From Gammaproteobacteria bacterium (GTDB lineage: Bacteria > Pseudomonadota > Gammaproteobacteria > Eutrophobiales > Eutrophobiaceae), in NCBI GenBank assembly GCA_965215365.1, contig CBDCDS010000003.1, positions 1,568,001-1,632,000 of the forward strand: a stretch of 64,000 nucleotides of DNA, read 5' to 3'. Position 1 is the first letter of the stretch. Each line of letters starts with the position of its first letter. The translations under genes and the position numbers were made by a program. The notes below the pieces were generated by a model. That model was not told the DNA's origin. It did not search any database and saw nothing but the letters and a program-made list of their open reading frames with translations. This document shows positions 32,771 through 42,761 of this stretch, in pieces.

Positions 32771-34173
32771 AGTATTTTCCAATATGAAATGAGCCTGAAG
32801 GGCGGGTGTGATTCCAACATGAAATGAGCCTGAACGAGCCGGTATTCCCGTTCATGATACGAGGATGAAAACGATCATGAATGCGAATGACTTAACGCGT
32901 ATTGAGCAGGTGCGCGATTTTCTGGCCGGGACCCAGCGGGTGATGTTTGAGGTTGCCAGCGACAAGCAGAGTCGGTATGACTGGATACGGCGCACCCTGG
33001 TGACGTTTGATTACCTGGGCTGCAGCAAGGCGGACAAAGGGGCGCTCACGGCGTACCTGATGAAGGTGAGCGGGTATTCCCGGGCACAGGTCAAGCGGCT
33101 GATTGGGCGCTACCGGGAGACCGGTACGTTAGCGGTGCGCCAGTGTACGGCGCGGGGCTTTGTCCGACGCTACACGAAGGCCGATATCCGCCTGCTAGCG
33201 GCCATGGACGAGCGCCACAATACCCCGAATGGGTTGACCCTAAAGAAGCTCTGTGAGCGAGCCTATCAGGTGTTCGGTCAGGTCGAGTATGAACGCTTGG
33301 CCGGGATCTCGGTCTCGCACCTGTACAACTTACGGCGCTCGAAGACCTACCAACGTCAGCGCCACACGATAGACAAGACCCGCCCGGTGGTGCGTGAGAT
33401 CGGTGTACGGCGCAAACCGCAGCCGGACGGGCGCTGCGGTTATATCCGCATCGATACCGTGCATCAGGGCGATTTAGACGGTGAAAAAGGGGTCTATCAC
33501 ATCAATGCGGTCGATGAGGTGACCCAGTTTGAAGTGGTCGTCAGCGTCGAGCGCATCACCGAGGTCTACCTCATCCCGGCACTTGAATACCTGCTTGATG
33601 CGTTCCCCTTTGTCCTCCTGGGCTTCCATGCCGACAACGGCTCGGAGTACATCAATAAACAGGTGGCCCAACTGTTAGAGAAGCTGCGTATCGAACTGAC
33701 CAAGTCCCGCCCCCGGCACAGCAACGACAACGCCCTGGTGGAATGCAAAAACGGACACGTGGTGCGCAAGCTCTTAGGCCACGCCCACATCCCGCGCCGC
33801 TGGGCCGGCCCGTTGAACGACTTCCACCGCCAGCACCTCAACCCCTATGTCAACTACCACCGACCCTGCCTGTTTCCACAAACCATCACCGACAACAAAG
33901 GGAAACAACGCAAGCGTTACCCCTACAAGAACCTCATGACCCCCTATGAAAAACTTAAATCCTTGGATGATGCCCAGACCTGTTTGAAACCGGACTTAAG
34001 CTTTGAGATACTGGATAAGGTCGCTTACCGAGTCAGCGACAACGCGGCCGCGGACGCCCTACAACAGGCGCGCCGGGCCCTCTTTACCACCATCCATGAA
34101 CAGGAATACAAACGGGCTTGAGATCGGGGCAGACTCTCTCTACTTCAGGCTCATTCCAGTATTGGAAAATACT
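32771..34173 (+). mobile_element. ISNCY-like insertion sequence (1403 bp) with about 30-bp IRs and 5-bp TSD
   Basis: IRL AGTATTTTCCAATATGAAATGAGCCTGAAG and IRR CTTCAGGCTCATTCCAGTATTGGAAAATACT. GCTCT is duplicated at 32766-32770 and 34174-34178. Confidence 0.92.
32865..34121 (+). CDS. DDE (rve-type) transposase
   Basis: IDTVHQGD, HADNGSEYIN, SRPRHSNDNALVECKN. Confidence 0.92.
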   Translation: MKTIMNANDLTRIEQVRDFLAGTQRVMFEVASDKQSRYDWIRRTLVTFDYLGCSKADKGALTAYLMKVSGYSRAQVKRLIGRYRETGTLAVRQCTARGFVRRYTKADIRLLAAMDERHNTPNGLTLKKLCERAYQVFGQVEYERLAGISVSHLYNLRRSKTYQRQRHTIDKTRPVVREIGVRRKPQPDGRCGYIRIDTVHQGDLDGEKGVYHINAVDEVTQFEVVVSVERITEVYLIPALEYLLDAFPFVLLGFHADNGSEYINKQVAQLLEKLRIELTKSRPRHSNDNALVECKNGHVVRKLLGHAHIPRRWAGPLNDFHRQHLNPYVNYHRPCLFPQTITDNKGKQRKRYPYKNLMTPYEKLKSLDDAQTCLKPDLSFEILDKVAYRVSDNAAADALQQARRALFTTIHEQEYKRA

Positions 34174-34200
34174 GCTCTTTATGCCGGAAAATTATGGATT

Positions 34201-34776
34201 TTAATATTCTGTTTTTGGCCCGGCCAGGAATTCGTTGCCGGCAGCGCCGCGCACGATCGCGCCGGTGTGCAGCCGTTGCTGGTTGTCATCCCGATCGGCA
34301 AAGAAAAACTTCAGTGAGTAGCGGATGGTGGTGAACGCCAGCTCTTCCCAGGGAATTTCGTCGCGGGTGAATAACGCCACCTCCAGGCTTTCATCCCCCG
34401 CGGCAAAATCCAGGTCCATGAGGTTGGCGTTGAACATGAGGTAAACCTGACCGACGTGGGGCAGACTGAACATGGCAAACAGGTTGGTGAGCTCCACGCG
34501 CGCGTTGGCTTCCTCCAGCGTCTCCCGCAACGCCGCCTGCTGGCAGGTCTCGCCGAGTTCCATGAAGCCTGCGGGCAGGGTCCAGCAACCGTAACGGGGT
34601 TCAATGGCCCGCTTGCACAGCAACACCTGATCTTCCCACACGGGGATGCAGCCGGCGACAATCTTGGGGTTCTGGTAGTGCACCATGCCGCAGGCAACGC
34701 ATACGTGGCGCGGACGGTTGTCACCCGGCGGCGTTTGCAACACCACTTGGGCGCCGCAACTGCTACAGTAATTCAT
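34201..34776 (-). CDS. NUDIX hydrolase with N-terminal Zn ribbon
   Basis: YCSSCG...C..CG..HYQNP; Nudix box GFMELGET...ALRETLEE. Confidence 0.93.
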   Translation of the reverse strand: MNYCSSCGAQVVLQTPPGDNRPRHVCVACGMVHYQNPKIVAGCIPVWEDQVLLCKRAIEPRYGCWTLPAGFMELGETCQQAALRETLEEANARVELTNLFAMFSLPHVGQVYLMFNANLMDLDFAAGDESLEVALFTRDEIPWEELAFTTIRYSLKFFFADRDDNQQRLHTGAIVRGAAGNEFLAGPKTEY

Positions 34777-35129
34777 AAATGGTTGTTCTGGTCGAGTAAG
34801 AGCTGAAGCTCAGGCCACAGCAACTCCAACATCAACGGCTGCGCCGCAGCCGTGGGGTGGATGCCGTCGTCCTGCATCAGGGTCGGGTCCTCGGCGATAG
34901 CGGCGGGAAGTATCCGCCCCAAGGTTACATTATCCTGTACGCCCAGGGTTTTGTATATGCCGACAAACTTTTCGATGTAAGCGGTGCCGTAATTGGGCGG
35001 CAGCAACATTTCCACCAGCAGTATGCGGCTGCCTGCCGCCGCAAGTTTGTCGATGATTGCAGACAGGTTGGTGCTGATTTCATCTAGGGAGATGCCCCTT
35101 AGTCCGTCATTGCCACCGAGTTCAACAAT

Positions 35130-36261
35130 TGTCCGGGTTCAGAAACAAGTGAGACTCTTTAGATAAAGAAATCGGGTAGTCTGTGTGTGAATTAATCTCA
35201 ACTAATTGACACAGGAGGACTACCCGATGCAGATCAAAAGCCTGCGGGTGAAATCATATCGCAGTTGGCGCGTCGATGATACTACCGATGCTGACGCGCG
35301 CGGTCGTTTGAAGCAGTTGGAATTGGTTGCGACGTTACGCGAGGATGGGTGTGGTGAGGCGACGGCACTGGCAGCAGTAGGTTGGTCGAGGGCGACCTAC
35401 TACCGTTGGTTGAAGCGGTATCGTGAACATGGGCTGAAGGGTCTGGGGTGTGGCTCTCGTGCGCCGCGGCGGCGGCGTGTGCCGCAATGGACGCGCCAGC
35501 ACGAGCAGCAGGTCTTGCACCTTCGCCAACGTTATCCGTTATGGGGTAAGCGTAAGCTCTGGCGGGTGGGGGTGCGCGAGCAGGGCTGGACTTTGAGCGA
35601 GAGTACGGTCGGGCGCATCGTGGCGAAGCTGGTGCGGCTGGGTCGGGTCAAGCCGGTGGCGTTTTACTATGGCCGGGTGAAGCCTAAGCGCCGCCGGGCG
35701 TTTACCCATCATGCCAAGCGCTGGCGCTACGGGATGAAGGCTAAGGCGCCAGGGGAGTTGATGCAGATAGACCACATGAGTGTCGGCTTCACGGACGGCA
35801 TCACGGTGAAGGAGTTCAAGGCCGTCTGTCCGGTGAGCAAATGGAGTGCGCTGCGAGCCTACAGTCGGGCCACCAGTGGCAATGCCCGGCGCTTCTTAAA
35901 AGCGCTGCTCGGTGAGGCGCCGTTTCCCATCCGTTCTATCCAGGTCGATGGCGGCTCGGAGTTCCGAGATGAGTTCGAGCAGGCTTGCCAGGACTTAGGA
36001 ATCCCCCTGTACGTGCTGCCCCCGAAAAAACCCGAATACAACGGCTGTGTAGAACGCGCCAATGCCACCAGCCGCTATGAGTTCTATCCGTTCTACGAGG
36101 GCCCACTGACCGTGGCCGCCATCAACCGCAAACTGGCAGAGTATCAGCAATACTACAATACCTACCGCCCGCATGACGGTATTGGTTTATTAACCCCAAT
36201 GGAGTATTATCAACAACTCACACAGCCTGCCTCTGAGTCTCATATGTATTGAACCTGGACA
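35130..36261 (+). mobile_element. IS481-family element, copy 1 (1132 bp)
   Basis: Ends TGTCCGGGTTCA...TGAACCTGGACA; CAAT target duplication. Confidence 0.95.
35227..36252 (+). CDS. IS481-family transposase
   Basis: HTH SRATYYRW, PGELMQIDH, IQVDGGSEF, NGCVERAN, YNTYRPH; AGGAGG RBS before the ATG at 35227. Confidence 0.93.
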   Translation: MQIKSLRVKSYRSWRVDDTTDADARGRLKQLELVATLREDGCGEATALAAVGWSRATYYRWLKRYREHGLKGLGCGSRAPRRRRVPQWTRQHEQQVLHLRQRYPLWGKRKLWRVGVREQGWTLSESTVGRIVAKLVRLGRVKPVAFYYGRVKPKRRRAFTHHAKRWRYGMKAKAPGELMQIDHMSVGFTDGITVKEFKAVCPVSKWSALRAYSRATSGNARRFLKALLGEAPFPIRSIQVDGGSEFRDEFEQACQDLGIPLYVLPPKKPEYNGCVERANATSRYEFYPFYEGPLTVAAINRKLAEYQQYYNTYRPHDGIGLLTPMEYYQQLTQPASESHMY

Positions 36262-36530
36262 CAATAGTGATATCCGGCTTTATCTCCTTTAGAATAGCGT
36301 CAAGACGAGTATTCGCGCCGTGGGTGGTATCACCACTGACGCTGGCGTTGATGATCTCATAATGGTAGCCGGCACGGTTCATGCGCGCACGCAGCAGGGA
36401 CACCCAGCCTGCTTGTGCGTCCATACCGTGTGCCGCGCTCAGGCTGTCGCCCAGCACCAGTATGGTTTTTTCGGCGGCCGGCGCGCACAACGACACTGAC
36501 AGCAGCGCTGTGACAATAACTGACCTCAAC

Positions 36531-37208
36531 ATGGAACAACCCTCAAATTTCATAATCCGCGCGCAGAACCTGGGTAAACGGGTACCAGCACCCGCAGGCG
36601 ACCTGACCATACTGGATGATATAGATCTGGCGGTCAACTATGGAGAGAGTATTGCCATTACTGGCGTATCCGGCTCCGGCAAGTCCACCTTGATCGGGAT
36701 CCTGGCGGGCCTGGACCTGCCGACCCGTGGCAGGGTATTTCTGGACGGCACGGAGCTGACCGCGCTGGATGAAGCCGGCAGGGCCGAGTTGCGCAACCAG
36801 CGCGTGGGCTTCATCTTCCAGTCGTTTCAGTTGCTGCCGGGTCTGAGTGCCCTGGAAAACGTGATGTTGCCGTTGGAACTGGCTGGCAATAATGCCGCGC
36901 GGGAACTGGCGCAGGCGCGCCTGGATGAGGTTGGGTTGGCGCATCGAACCGCACACTATCCCAGGCAGTTATCGGGCGGGGAACAGCAACGCGTCGCTAT
37001 TGCCAGAGCCTTTGCCGTCAATCCACTGGCACTGTTTGCCGACGAGGTGACCGGCAACCTGGACCAGCACAGTGCGCAACAAGTCGCCGACCTGCTGTTT
37101 CGCCTTAACTCGGACTATGGCACGACACTGCTGCTGGTCACCCACGATGCCACGCTGGCGCGCCGTTGCCACCGCACCTTGACACTGGCCGGCGGTCGTC
37201 TGGTTTGA
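36531..37208 (+). CDS. ybbA: ABC transporter ATP-binding protein YbbA-like
   Basis: GVSGSGKST, LSGGEQQRVAIARA, FADEVTGNLD; divergent from tesA. Confidence 0.88.
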   Translation: MEQPSNFIIRAQNLGKRVPAPAGDLTILDDIDLAVNYGESIAITGVSGSGKSTLIGILAGLDLPTRGRVFLDGTELTALDEAGRAELRNQRVGFIFQSFQLLPGLSALENVMLPLELAGNNAARELAQARLDEVGLAHRTAHYPRQLSGGEQQRVAIARAFAVNPLALFADEVTGNLDQHSAQQVADLLFRLNSDYGTTLLLVTHDATLARRCHRTLTLAGGRLV

Positions 37209-39685
37209 TGCGCTTGCTGCGTCTGGCGCTAGTCCAATTCCGGCGCGACTGGCGCGCCGGCGAGTTGCGCCTGTTGGGTCTGGCGCTGATTATTGCGGTT
37301 GCCGGCCTGACCTCGGTGGATTTTTTCACCGACCGGGTGAGACAGTTGACGGAACTACAGGCCACCGAATTACTGGCGGCAGACCTAGTTATCGGCTCTG
37401 CCGAACCCTTCCAGCCGGAATTTCTCGCACAGGCCGAGGCCCTGGGGTTGAAGACTGCGCTGACAACCAGTTTTCGCAGCATAGCAGTGCATGGCGAGCG
37501 GCTGGAGCTTGCGGAAGTCAAGGCGGTGCAGGCCGACTATCCTCTGCGCGGACAGTTGCGGGTTGCCGATGAACTGTTTGCGCAGGAATACCAGACCACC
37601 ACCACCCCGGCGCCGGGCACGGTATGGCTGGACTCCAGGCTGTTCCAGGCGCTGGGGGTGGCGGTTGGTGCGCAGGTCAAGCTGGGCGCGGCGACCCTGG
37701 TTGCGGACCGGGTGCTGACGTATGAACCCGATCGCGGAGGCGATATGTTCAATATTGCGCCGCGGCTGCTGCTGAGCCTGACTGACCTGGAAGCCACCGC
37801 GCTGATCGCGCCCGGCAGTCGGGCCAGGTACCGGTTGCTGCTGGCTGGTGATAATGCCGCGCTGCGCGAGTTCCGGGCGCTGACAGAACGCCATGCGACT
37901 TATGATATTCAGGGTCTACGCGACGCCCGTCCGGAACTGCGCAGTGCGCTGGAGCGCGCAGAACAGTTCCTGGGACTGGCGGTGCTGGTCAGCATTGCGC
38001 TGGCCGGGCTTGCAATTGCCCTGGCGGCGCAACGCTACGCAATCAGGCATTATGATGCCTGCGCGCTCATGCGCTGTTTTGGCGCCACTCCCGGGTTGGT
38101 CGTCCGCATCCACGTCATTCAGTTGTTGCTTACAGCCCTGCTCTACGGCACCCTCGGCTGTGCGCTGGGCTACCTAGGGCAAACCGGTCTGGCGGCGCTG
38201 CTGCAGGAGCTGGTCAACAGGCCCCTGCCCGCGCCGGCGCTGACCCCGCTGCCCGGTGGTCTGGCCGCCGCCGTACTGACCACATTGGGCTTTGCTCTGC
38301 CGCAGATTTTACGGCTGCAGCAGGTCTCATCCATGCGGGTGCTGCGGCGCGATCTGGCGCCGTTGCCAGCGCCTAACCTGAGCGTCTATCTGGCGGCAAC
38401 AGCCTGCCTGTTACTGCTGGCCCTGTGGCTGTCAGGCCGTGAGCGACTGTTTTTATATGGCTGTGTGGCGCTGGCACTGACGGCATTATCGGCCTGGTTA
38501 ACGGCCTTACTGGCCATTCATTGTCTTGACAAGTGGCGCGGCTGGCTTGGTGCGGCCACGCGCTTCGGCTTGTCCAACATCGTGCGCCGGGGGCGGCTGA
38601 GCGCCGTGCAGATCCTCGCCATCAGTCTGGGCATGATGTTATTGACCCTGCTGGCGCTGCTGCGCACCGAGTTACTGGCAGACTGGCGCGCGCGGCTGCC
38701 GGCCGCGACGCCGAATTATTTCCTCATCAACATCCAGCCGCAAGAGGTGGATGCTGTCAGGCAATTCCTGCAGGCACGCACCGGGTTGGCGGCGCCGGCG
38801 CACCCGCTGGTGCGCGCGCGGCTGCTCAGCATAAACGGCAAGGCGGTCAATCCCGATGATTACCAGGACGAACGCGCACAACGCCTCCTGCGGCGCACGT
38901 TTAACTTATCCGTGGCGGAGACCTTGCAGCATGATAACCGTCTTGAACAAGGCGCATGGTGGGATAGTGCCAGTGCCGGCCTGTTCTCTTTTGAGCAGGA
39001 CTTCGCCGCAACCCTGGATATCAGTCTGGGGGACCGGCTGGAGTTCCGTATTGCCGGCGCGCGCGTGGCCGGCACGGTCGCCAATACCCGCCGGGTTGAC
39101 TGGGATACCTTCAACGTTAATTTTTTCGTGCTGGCAAGTCCTGCCACCCTGTCCGGCCACCCCACCACCTACATCACCAGTTTCCACCTGCCCCCGGCGC
39201 GCCGGCCGGTGCTCAACGAGCTCATCAAAAACTGGCCCAGCGTCACCGTGTTTGACGTGGATACAATTATCAGGCAGGTGCGTCTGGTTATGGAACAGGT
39301 GGTACGGGCGATAGAATTCATCTCCGGCTTCACCTTGCTGGCGGGTATTGTCGTGTTGCTGGCCGCGTTGCAAACGACCCATGCTGAGCGGCGGCGCGAA
39401 ACGGCCCTGTTAACCACACTGGGGGCGCGCCGGGGCCAAGTGTTGAGCGGGCTGTTGGCGGAATTTACCGTGCTTGGTCTGCTGGCCGGCCTGGTGGCGG
39501 CACTGAACGCCACGGTGGCGGAGTATCTGCTGGCTGCTTATGTGTTCAGGATGGATTTTTCTTTCAGCCCCCTGGTGTGGCTGGTCACGCCACTGTTGTG
39601 CACGGCTATCACTATCGGCGCCGGCCTGGCCGGCACGCGCAAGGCATTGTCCACTCCGCCCATGCTGACGTTAAGGCAATCCTGA
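37208..39685 (+). CDS. ybbP: ABC transporter permease YbbP-like (FtsX family)
   Basis: RDWRAGEL, PNYFLINIQP, R.VDWD.F..NFF; TGATG coupling to ybbA. Confidence 0.88.
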   Translation: MRLLRLALVQFRRDWRAGELRLLGLALIIAVAGLTSVDFFTDRVRQLTELQATELLAADLVIGSAEPFQPEFLAQAEALGLKTALTTSFRSIAVHGERLELAEVKAVQADYPLRGQLRVADELFAQEYQTTTTPAPGTVWLDSRLFQALGVAVGAQVKLGAATLVADRVLTYEPDRGGDMFNIAPRLLLSLTDLEATALIAPGSRARYRLLLAGDNAALREFRALTERHATYDIQGLRDARPELRSALERAEQFLGLAVLVSIALAGLAIALAAQRYAIRHYDACALMRCFGATPGLVVRIHVIQLLLTALLYGTLGCALGYLGQTGLAALLQELVNRPLPAPALTPLPGGLAAAVLTTLGFALPQILRLQQVSSMRVLRRDLAPLPAPNLSVYLAATACLLLLALWLSGRERLFLYGCVALALTALSAWLTALLAIHCLDKWRGWLGAATRFGLSNIVRRGRLSAVQILAISLGMMLLTLLALLRTELLADWRARLPAATPNYFLINIQPQEVDAVRQFLQARTGLAAPAHPLVRARLLSINGKAVNPDDYQDERAQRLLRRTFNLSVAETLQHDNRLEQGAWWDSASAGLFSFEQDFAATLDISLGDRLEFRIAGARVAGTVANTRRVDWDTFNVNFFVLASPATLSGHPTTYITSFHLPPARRPVLNELIKNWPSVTVFDVDTIIRQVRLVMEQVVRAIEFISGFTLLAGIVVLLAALQTTHAERRRETALLTTLGARRGQVLSGLLAEFTVLGLLAGLVAALNATVAEYLLAAYVFRMDFSFSPLVWLVTPLLCTAITIGAGLAGTRKALSTPPMLTLRQS

Positions 39686-39703
39686 GAGCTAAGGCAACAA
39701 GCA

Positions 39704-39735
39704 ACTTGGTGAGATATGCGGGTTAGAGGCGGCCT
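39704..39735. repeat. Composite family-A end fused to a family-B end
   Basis: ACTTGGTGAGATATGCGGG-TTA-GAGGCGGCCT. Confidence 0.75.
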
Positions 39736-39798
39736 GTTATACTCATGCAGATAATGCCCTGAAACTTTTTCTGTATATCCTGATCATCCTGTACTTCC

Positions 39799-40803
39799 AT
39801 GTCAAATTCCACTAATTCTGGCGTGACCGGTATTCTGCTCACCAATCTCGGCACGCCGGATGCGCCGACGGCAGCGGCGTTGCGGAAATATCTGGCGCAG
39901 TTTCTGTCTGATCCACGGGTGATCGATACCCCTAAGTGGCTGTGGTGGCCGCTGTTGCACGGGCTCATCCTGCGGCTGCGGCCGCGCCGTTCTGCCAAGG
40001 CTTACCGGAAGGTATGGACCGATGCCGGTTCACCATTGCTGGCAATATCGCAACAGCAGTGCGAGGCGGTGCGGTCAGCGCTGCAGGCAGCCGGGCGCTA
40101 CCGGGTGGAGTTGGGCATGCGCTACGGCAATCCGTCTATTCGCGCGGCACTGGAGTCTCTGCGCGCCGACCAGGTGAACAAATTACTGGTATTGCCCTTG
40201 TACCCCCAATATTCGGCTGCGACTACCGCATCAACCTTTGATGCGGTTGCCGATGTATTCAAGAGTTGGCGCCAGCTCCCGGCCTTGAGCATGATCAACA
40301 GCTACCATGATAACCCCGGCTACATCGCCGCCCTGACGGCCAGCATTCGCGCCCACTGGGCGCAACATGGGCAGCCGCACAAGTTGCTGTTTTCCTTTCA
40401 TGGTTTGCCCAGGGATTACGTCCTGGCCGGTGACCCTTATGCCGACGAATGCCGCGCCAGCGCGCGCCTGGTGGCGGCGGCACTGGAGTTGGACGAAGCA
40501 CGCTGGGCGGTTGCCTTTCAATCCCGCTTCGGCCCGCGTGAGTGGTTGCAGCCCTACACCGACCAGCTGTTACAGCAATGGGGCGCGTCCGGCATTGCTC
40601 ACGTACAGGTCGTCTGCCCCGGTTTTGCCGCCGACTGCCTGGAGACGCTGGAAGAGATTGCTCTGCTGAACAGAGATTTTTTTCTGGACGCCGGCGGCAA
40701 GGAATTTTCCTATATCCCGGCCCTGAACGACCGCCCTGACCATATCGCCGCGCTGTGCGACATTATCAAGGTGAGTTGTAACTACTCGCCCCCCTCCCTC
40801 TAA
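39799..40803 (+). CDS. hemH: Ferrochelatase
   Basis: LLTNLGTP, MRYGNPS, PLYPQYS, FSFHGLP, FQSRFG..WL.PYT, DCLETLEEI. Confidence 0.97.
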   Translation: MSNSTNSGVTGILLTNLGTPDAPTAAALRKYLAQFLSDPRVIDTPKWLWWPLLHGLILRLRPRRSAKAYRKVWTDAGSPLLAISQQQCEAVRSALQAAGRYRVELGMRYGNPSIRAALESLRADQVNKLLVLPLYPQYSAATTASTFDAVADVFKSWRQLPALSMINSYHDNPGYIAALTASIRAHWAQHGQPHKLLFSFHGLPRDYVLAGDPYADECRASARLVAAALELDEARWAVAFQSRFGPREWLQPYTDQLLQQWGASGIAHVQVVCPGFAADCLETLEEIALLNRDFFLDAGGKEFSYIPALNDRPDHIAALCDIIKVSCNYSPPSL

Positions 40804-40940
40804 TTCTACTGAATTTTTTGTCAAGGCGTCCTTGAGACCATAGCGTCATGGCGTTATGTTGGTCGTCATGGCGCAACAACCGCGCCGAACGCGATATCCG
40901 TATGGCTAAAGTCAAACAGAAAGTCTCCGGCTGCTTCTGA
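40778..40940 (+). pseudogene. IS66-family (ISBst12-like) transposase relic
   Basis: 40875-40937 translates NNRAERDIRMAKVKQKVSGCF, the IS66 TnpC catalytic-Glu motif. An IR-like GTAACTACTC lies at 40778. Confidence 0.75.
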
Positions 40941-40953
40941 ATTAGAGGCGCCT

Positions 40954-42045
40954 TCATACATTAAACCGGAACAGTATCACGTCGCCGTCCTGCACTATGT
41001 AGTCTTTGCCCTCCAGGCGCCATTTGCCGGCGGTTTTGGCGCCTTGTTCGCCTTGGCACTCGATGAAGTCGTGATAGGCGATGACCTCGGCGCGGATGAA
41101 GCCTTTTTCAAAATCGCTGTGGATGGCGGCGGCGGCGCGCGGGGCGGCGGCACCCTTCTTTATGGTCCAGGCGCGGACTTCGTTGGGGCCGGCGGTGAAA
41201 AACGTGAGTGTGTCCAGCAATTCATAACCGGCCCGGACTAGGCGGTGCAGGCCCGGTTCGGTCAGACCGAGGTCGCGCAGAAATTCGATTTTACTCTGCT
41301 CGTCCAGGTCGCCCAGTTCTGTCTCGATAGCGGCAGAGACGACCACCAACCCGGCGCCGTCGGTGGCCGCGCGACGGGTCAGCGGTGCCAGCCAGGGGTT
41401 GGAGGCGATGCCGGTTTCTTCCACATTGGCGACATACAGCGCCGGTTTTTCTGTCAGCAGGCCCAGTTCTGCGGCCAACTCCCGTGCGGGACTGCCCGCC
41501 GGCAGGGTTCGGGCCGCGGCGCCCGTATCGATATGCGTGGCCACGACAGCCAGCCGGTGCGCGCGTTGCAAGGCCTGCTTGTCACCGGTTTGCGCAACTT
41601 TCTCCACCTTCAGCGTTGCGCGTTGCAGGGTTTCCATGTCGGCCAGACTGAGCTCCGTATTGATGGTGTCCAGATCCGCCAGTGGGTCTATCTTGTCGGC
41701 GACATGGATGACGTTGTCATCCTCAAAACAACGCAGCACCTGGGCTATGGCGTGGGTGGTGCGGATGTGGCCCAGGAATTTGTTGCCGAGTCCCTCTCCC
41801 TGTGAGGCACCGGCTACCAGGCCGGCGATATCGACAAACTCCACATAAGTGGGCACGACCCGTTGTGGGCTGACTATGTCGGCGATGGCCCGCAGGCGCG
41901 GATCCGGCACCGGTGCCAGACCGGTGTTGGGTTCGATGGTGCAGAACGGATAATTCCCGGCACCGACCGCGGCCTGGGTCAAGGCATTGAACAAGGTCGA
42001 TTTGCCCACATTCGGCAAGCCGACGATGCCGCATTTGAAGCCCAT
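40954..42045 (-). CDS. ychF: Redox-regulated ATPase YchF
   Basis: MGFKCGIVGLPNVGKST, NYPFCTIEPN, EGLGNKFL, GFIRAEV. True start is the ATG at 42045. Confidence 0.97.
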   Translation of the reverse strand: MGFKCGIVGLPNVGKSTLFNALTQAAVGAGNYPFCTIEPNTGLAPVPDPRLRAIADIVSPQRVVPTYVEFVDIAGLVAGASQGEGLGNKFLGHIRTTHAIAQVLRCFEDDNVIHVADKIDPLADLDTINTELSLADMETLQRATLKVEKVAQTGDKQALQRAHRLAVVATHIDTGAAARTLPAGSPARELAAELGLLTEKPALYVANVEETGIASNPWLAPLTRRAATDGAGLVVVSAAIETELGDLDEQSKIEFLRDLGLTEPGLHRLVRAGYELLDTLTFFTAGPNEVRAWTIKKGAAAPRAAAAIHSDFEKGFIRAEVIAYHDFIECQGEQGAKTAGKWRLEGKDYIVQDGDVILFRFNV

Positions 42046-42055
42046 TGTTGGTTTA

Positions 42056-42092
42056 CCCCTCCCCCGGTCTCCCTCCCTCGAGGGGAGGGGAG
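42056..42092. repeat. C/T-G/A REP-like palindrome between pth and ychF
   Basis: CCCCTCCCCCGGTCTCCCTCCCTCGAGGGGAGGGGAG. Confidence 0.55.
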
Positions 42093-42150
42093 ACGTAAAT
42101 GTCAGCACCAGTTGCCATCACCCATTCAAGAGGAGGTAAGAGGCGGAAAT

Positions 42151-42744
42151 TCACTCTTTGGCTGTTGCCTGGCTGTGCAAACGGTGCATGGCTTGTTCCA
42201 GCTCGCCGGCGAACAGCAGAGGCATGACCTCCAGGCCACTTTGCAGGGCCTGTTCGATCCGCGTGGCATCGTCGCGCTCGGGCCGCCCCAGCACATGCGC
42301 CAGCACCCGGGATTTATCGCCCGGGTGGCTGACCCCTATTCTCAGCCTCAGATAGTCGCGCCCACCCAGCTTTTCGCTGATGTCGATGAGTCCCTTGTGG
42401 CCACCATGGCCGCCGCTTTTTTTCAGGCGTATCACGCCGGCGTCCAGGTCTATTTCATCGTGGATGACCAGTATCCGTGGCAGTTCAATACGGTAATAGT
42501 CGGCAACCGCGTGCAGCGCCCGTCCGCTGTGGTTCATAAAGGTGGTCGGTTTTAACAGCAGACAATCGAGTGCTGGCGTGTTGATGCGGGCCAGCTCACC
42601 GAAGAATTTTTTTTCGGGCGCAAACCGGACCTGGTGTGCCGCTGCCAGCCGGTCCAGGAACCAGAAACCGGCGTTATGGCGCGTAGCGGTATAATCCGCG
42701 CCGGGATTACCCAGCCCTGCAATGAGTTTCAATCTGGCCAGCAC
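42151..42744 (-). CDS. pth: Peptidyl-tRNA hydrolase
   Basis: GLGNPG..Y..TRHNAG, KPTTFMN.SG, GGHGGHKG, RLRIG. Confidence 0.97.
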   Translation of the reverse strand: MLARLKLIAGLGNPGADYTATRHNAGFWFLDRLAAAHQVRFAPEKKFFGELARINTPALDCLLLKPTTFMNHSGRALHAVADYYRIELPRILVIHDEIDLDAGVIRLKKSGGHGGHKGLIDISEKLGGRDYLRLRIGVSHPGDKSRVLAHVLGRPERDDATRIEQALQSGLEVMPLLFAGELEQAMHRLHSQATAKE

Positions 42745-42761
42745 TATACGGGGGGTGCCCG

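Larger units (their letters stand above)
34773..36532 (-). pseudogene. tesA: TesA-type arylesterase/acyl-CoA thioesterase split by IS481
   Basis: The N-half (36262-36532) has LVLGDSLSA and NASVSGDTT; the C-half (34773-35129) has ELGGNDG, LPPNYG and DGIHP. Removing the IS and one TSD restores PDITIVELGGND in frame. Confidence 0.93.

Noticed and set aside
35227-35280. IS481 transposase N-terminus (MQIKSLRVKSYRSW) resembling SMC/OLD ATPase starts
   Set aside because: The similarity covers only about 12 residues with no Walker A, so a fusion cannot be supported.
42046-42108. N-terminal extension of YchF
   Set aside because: It derives from an intergenic REP-like palindrome; the canonical start MGFKCG is at 42045.
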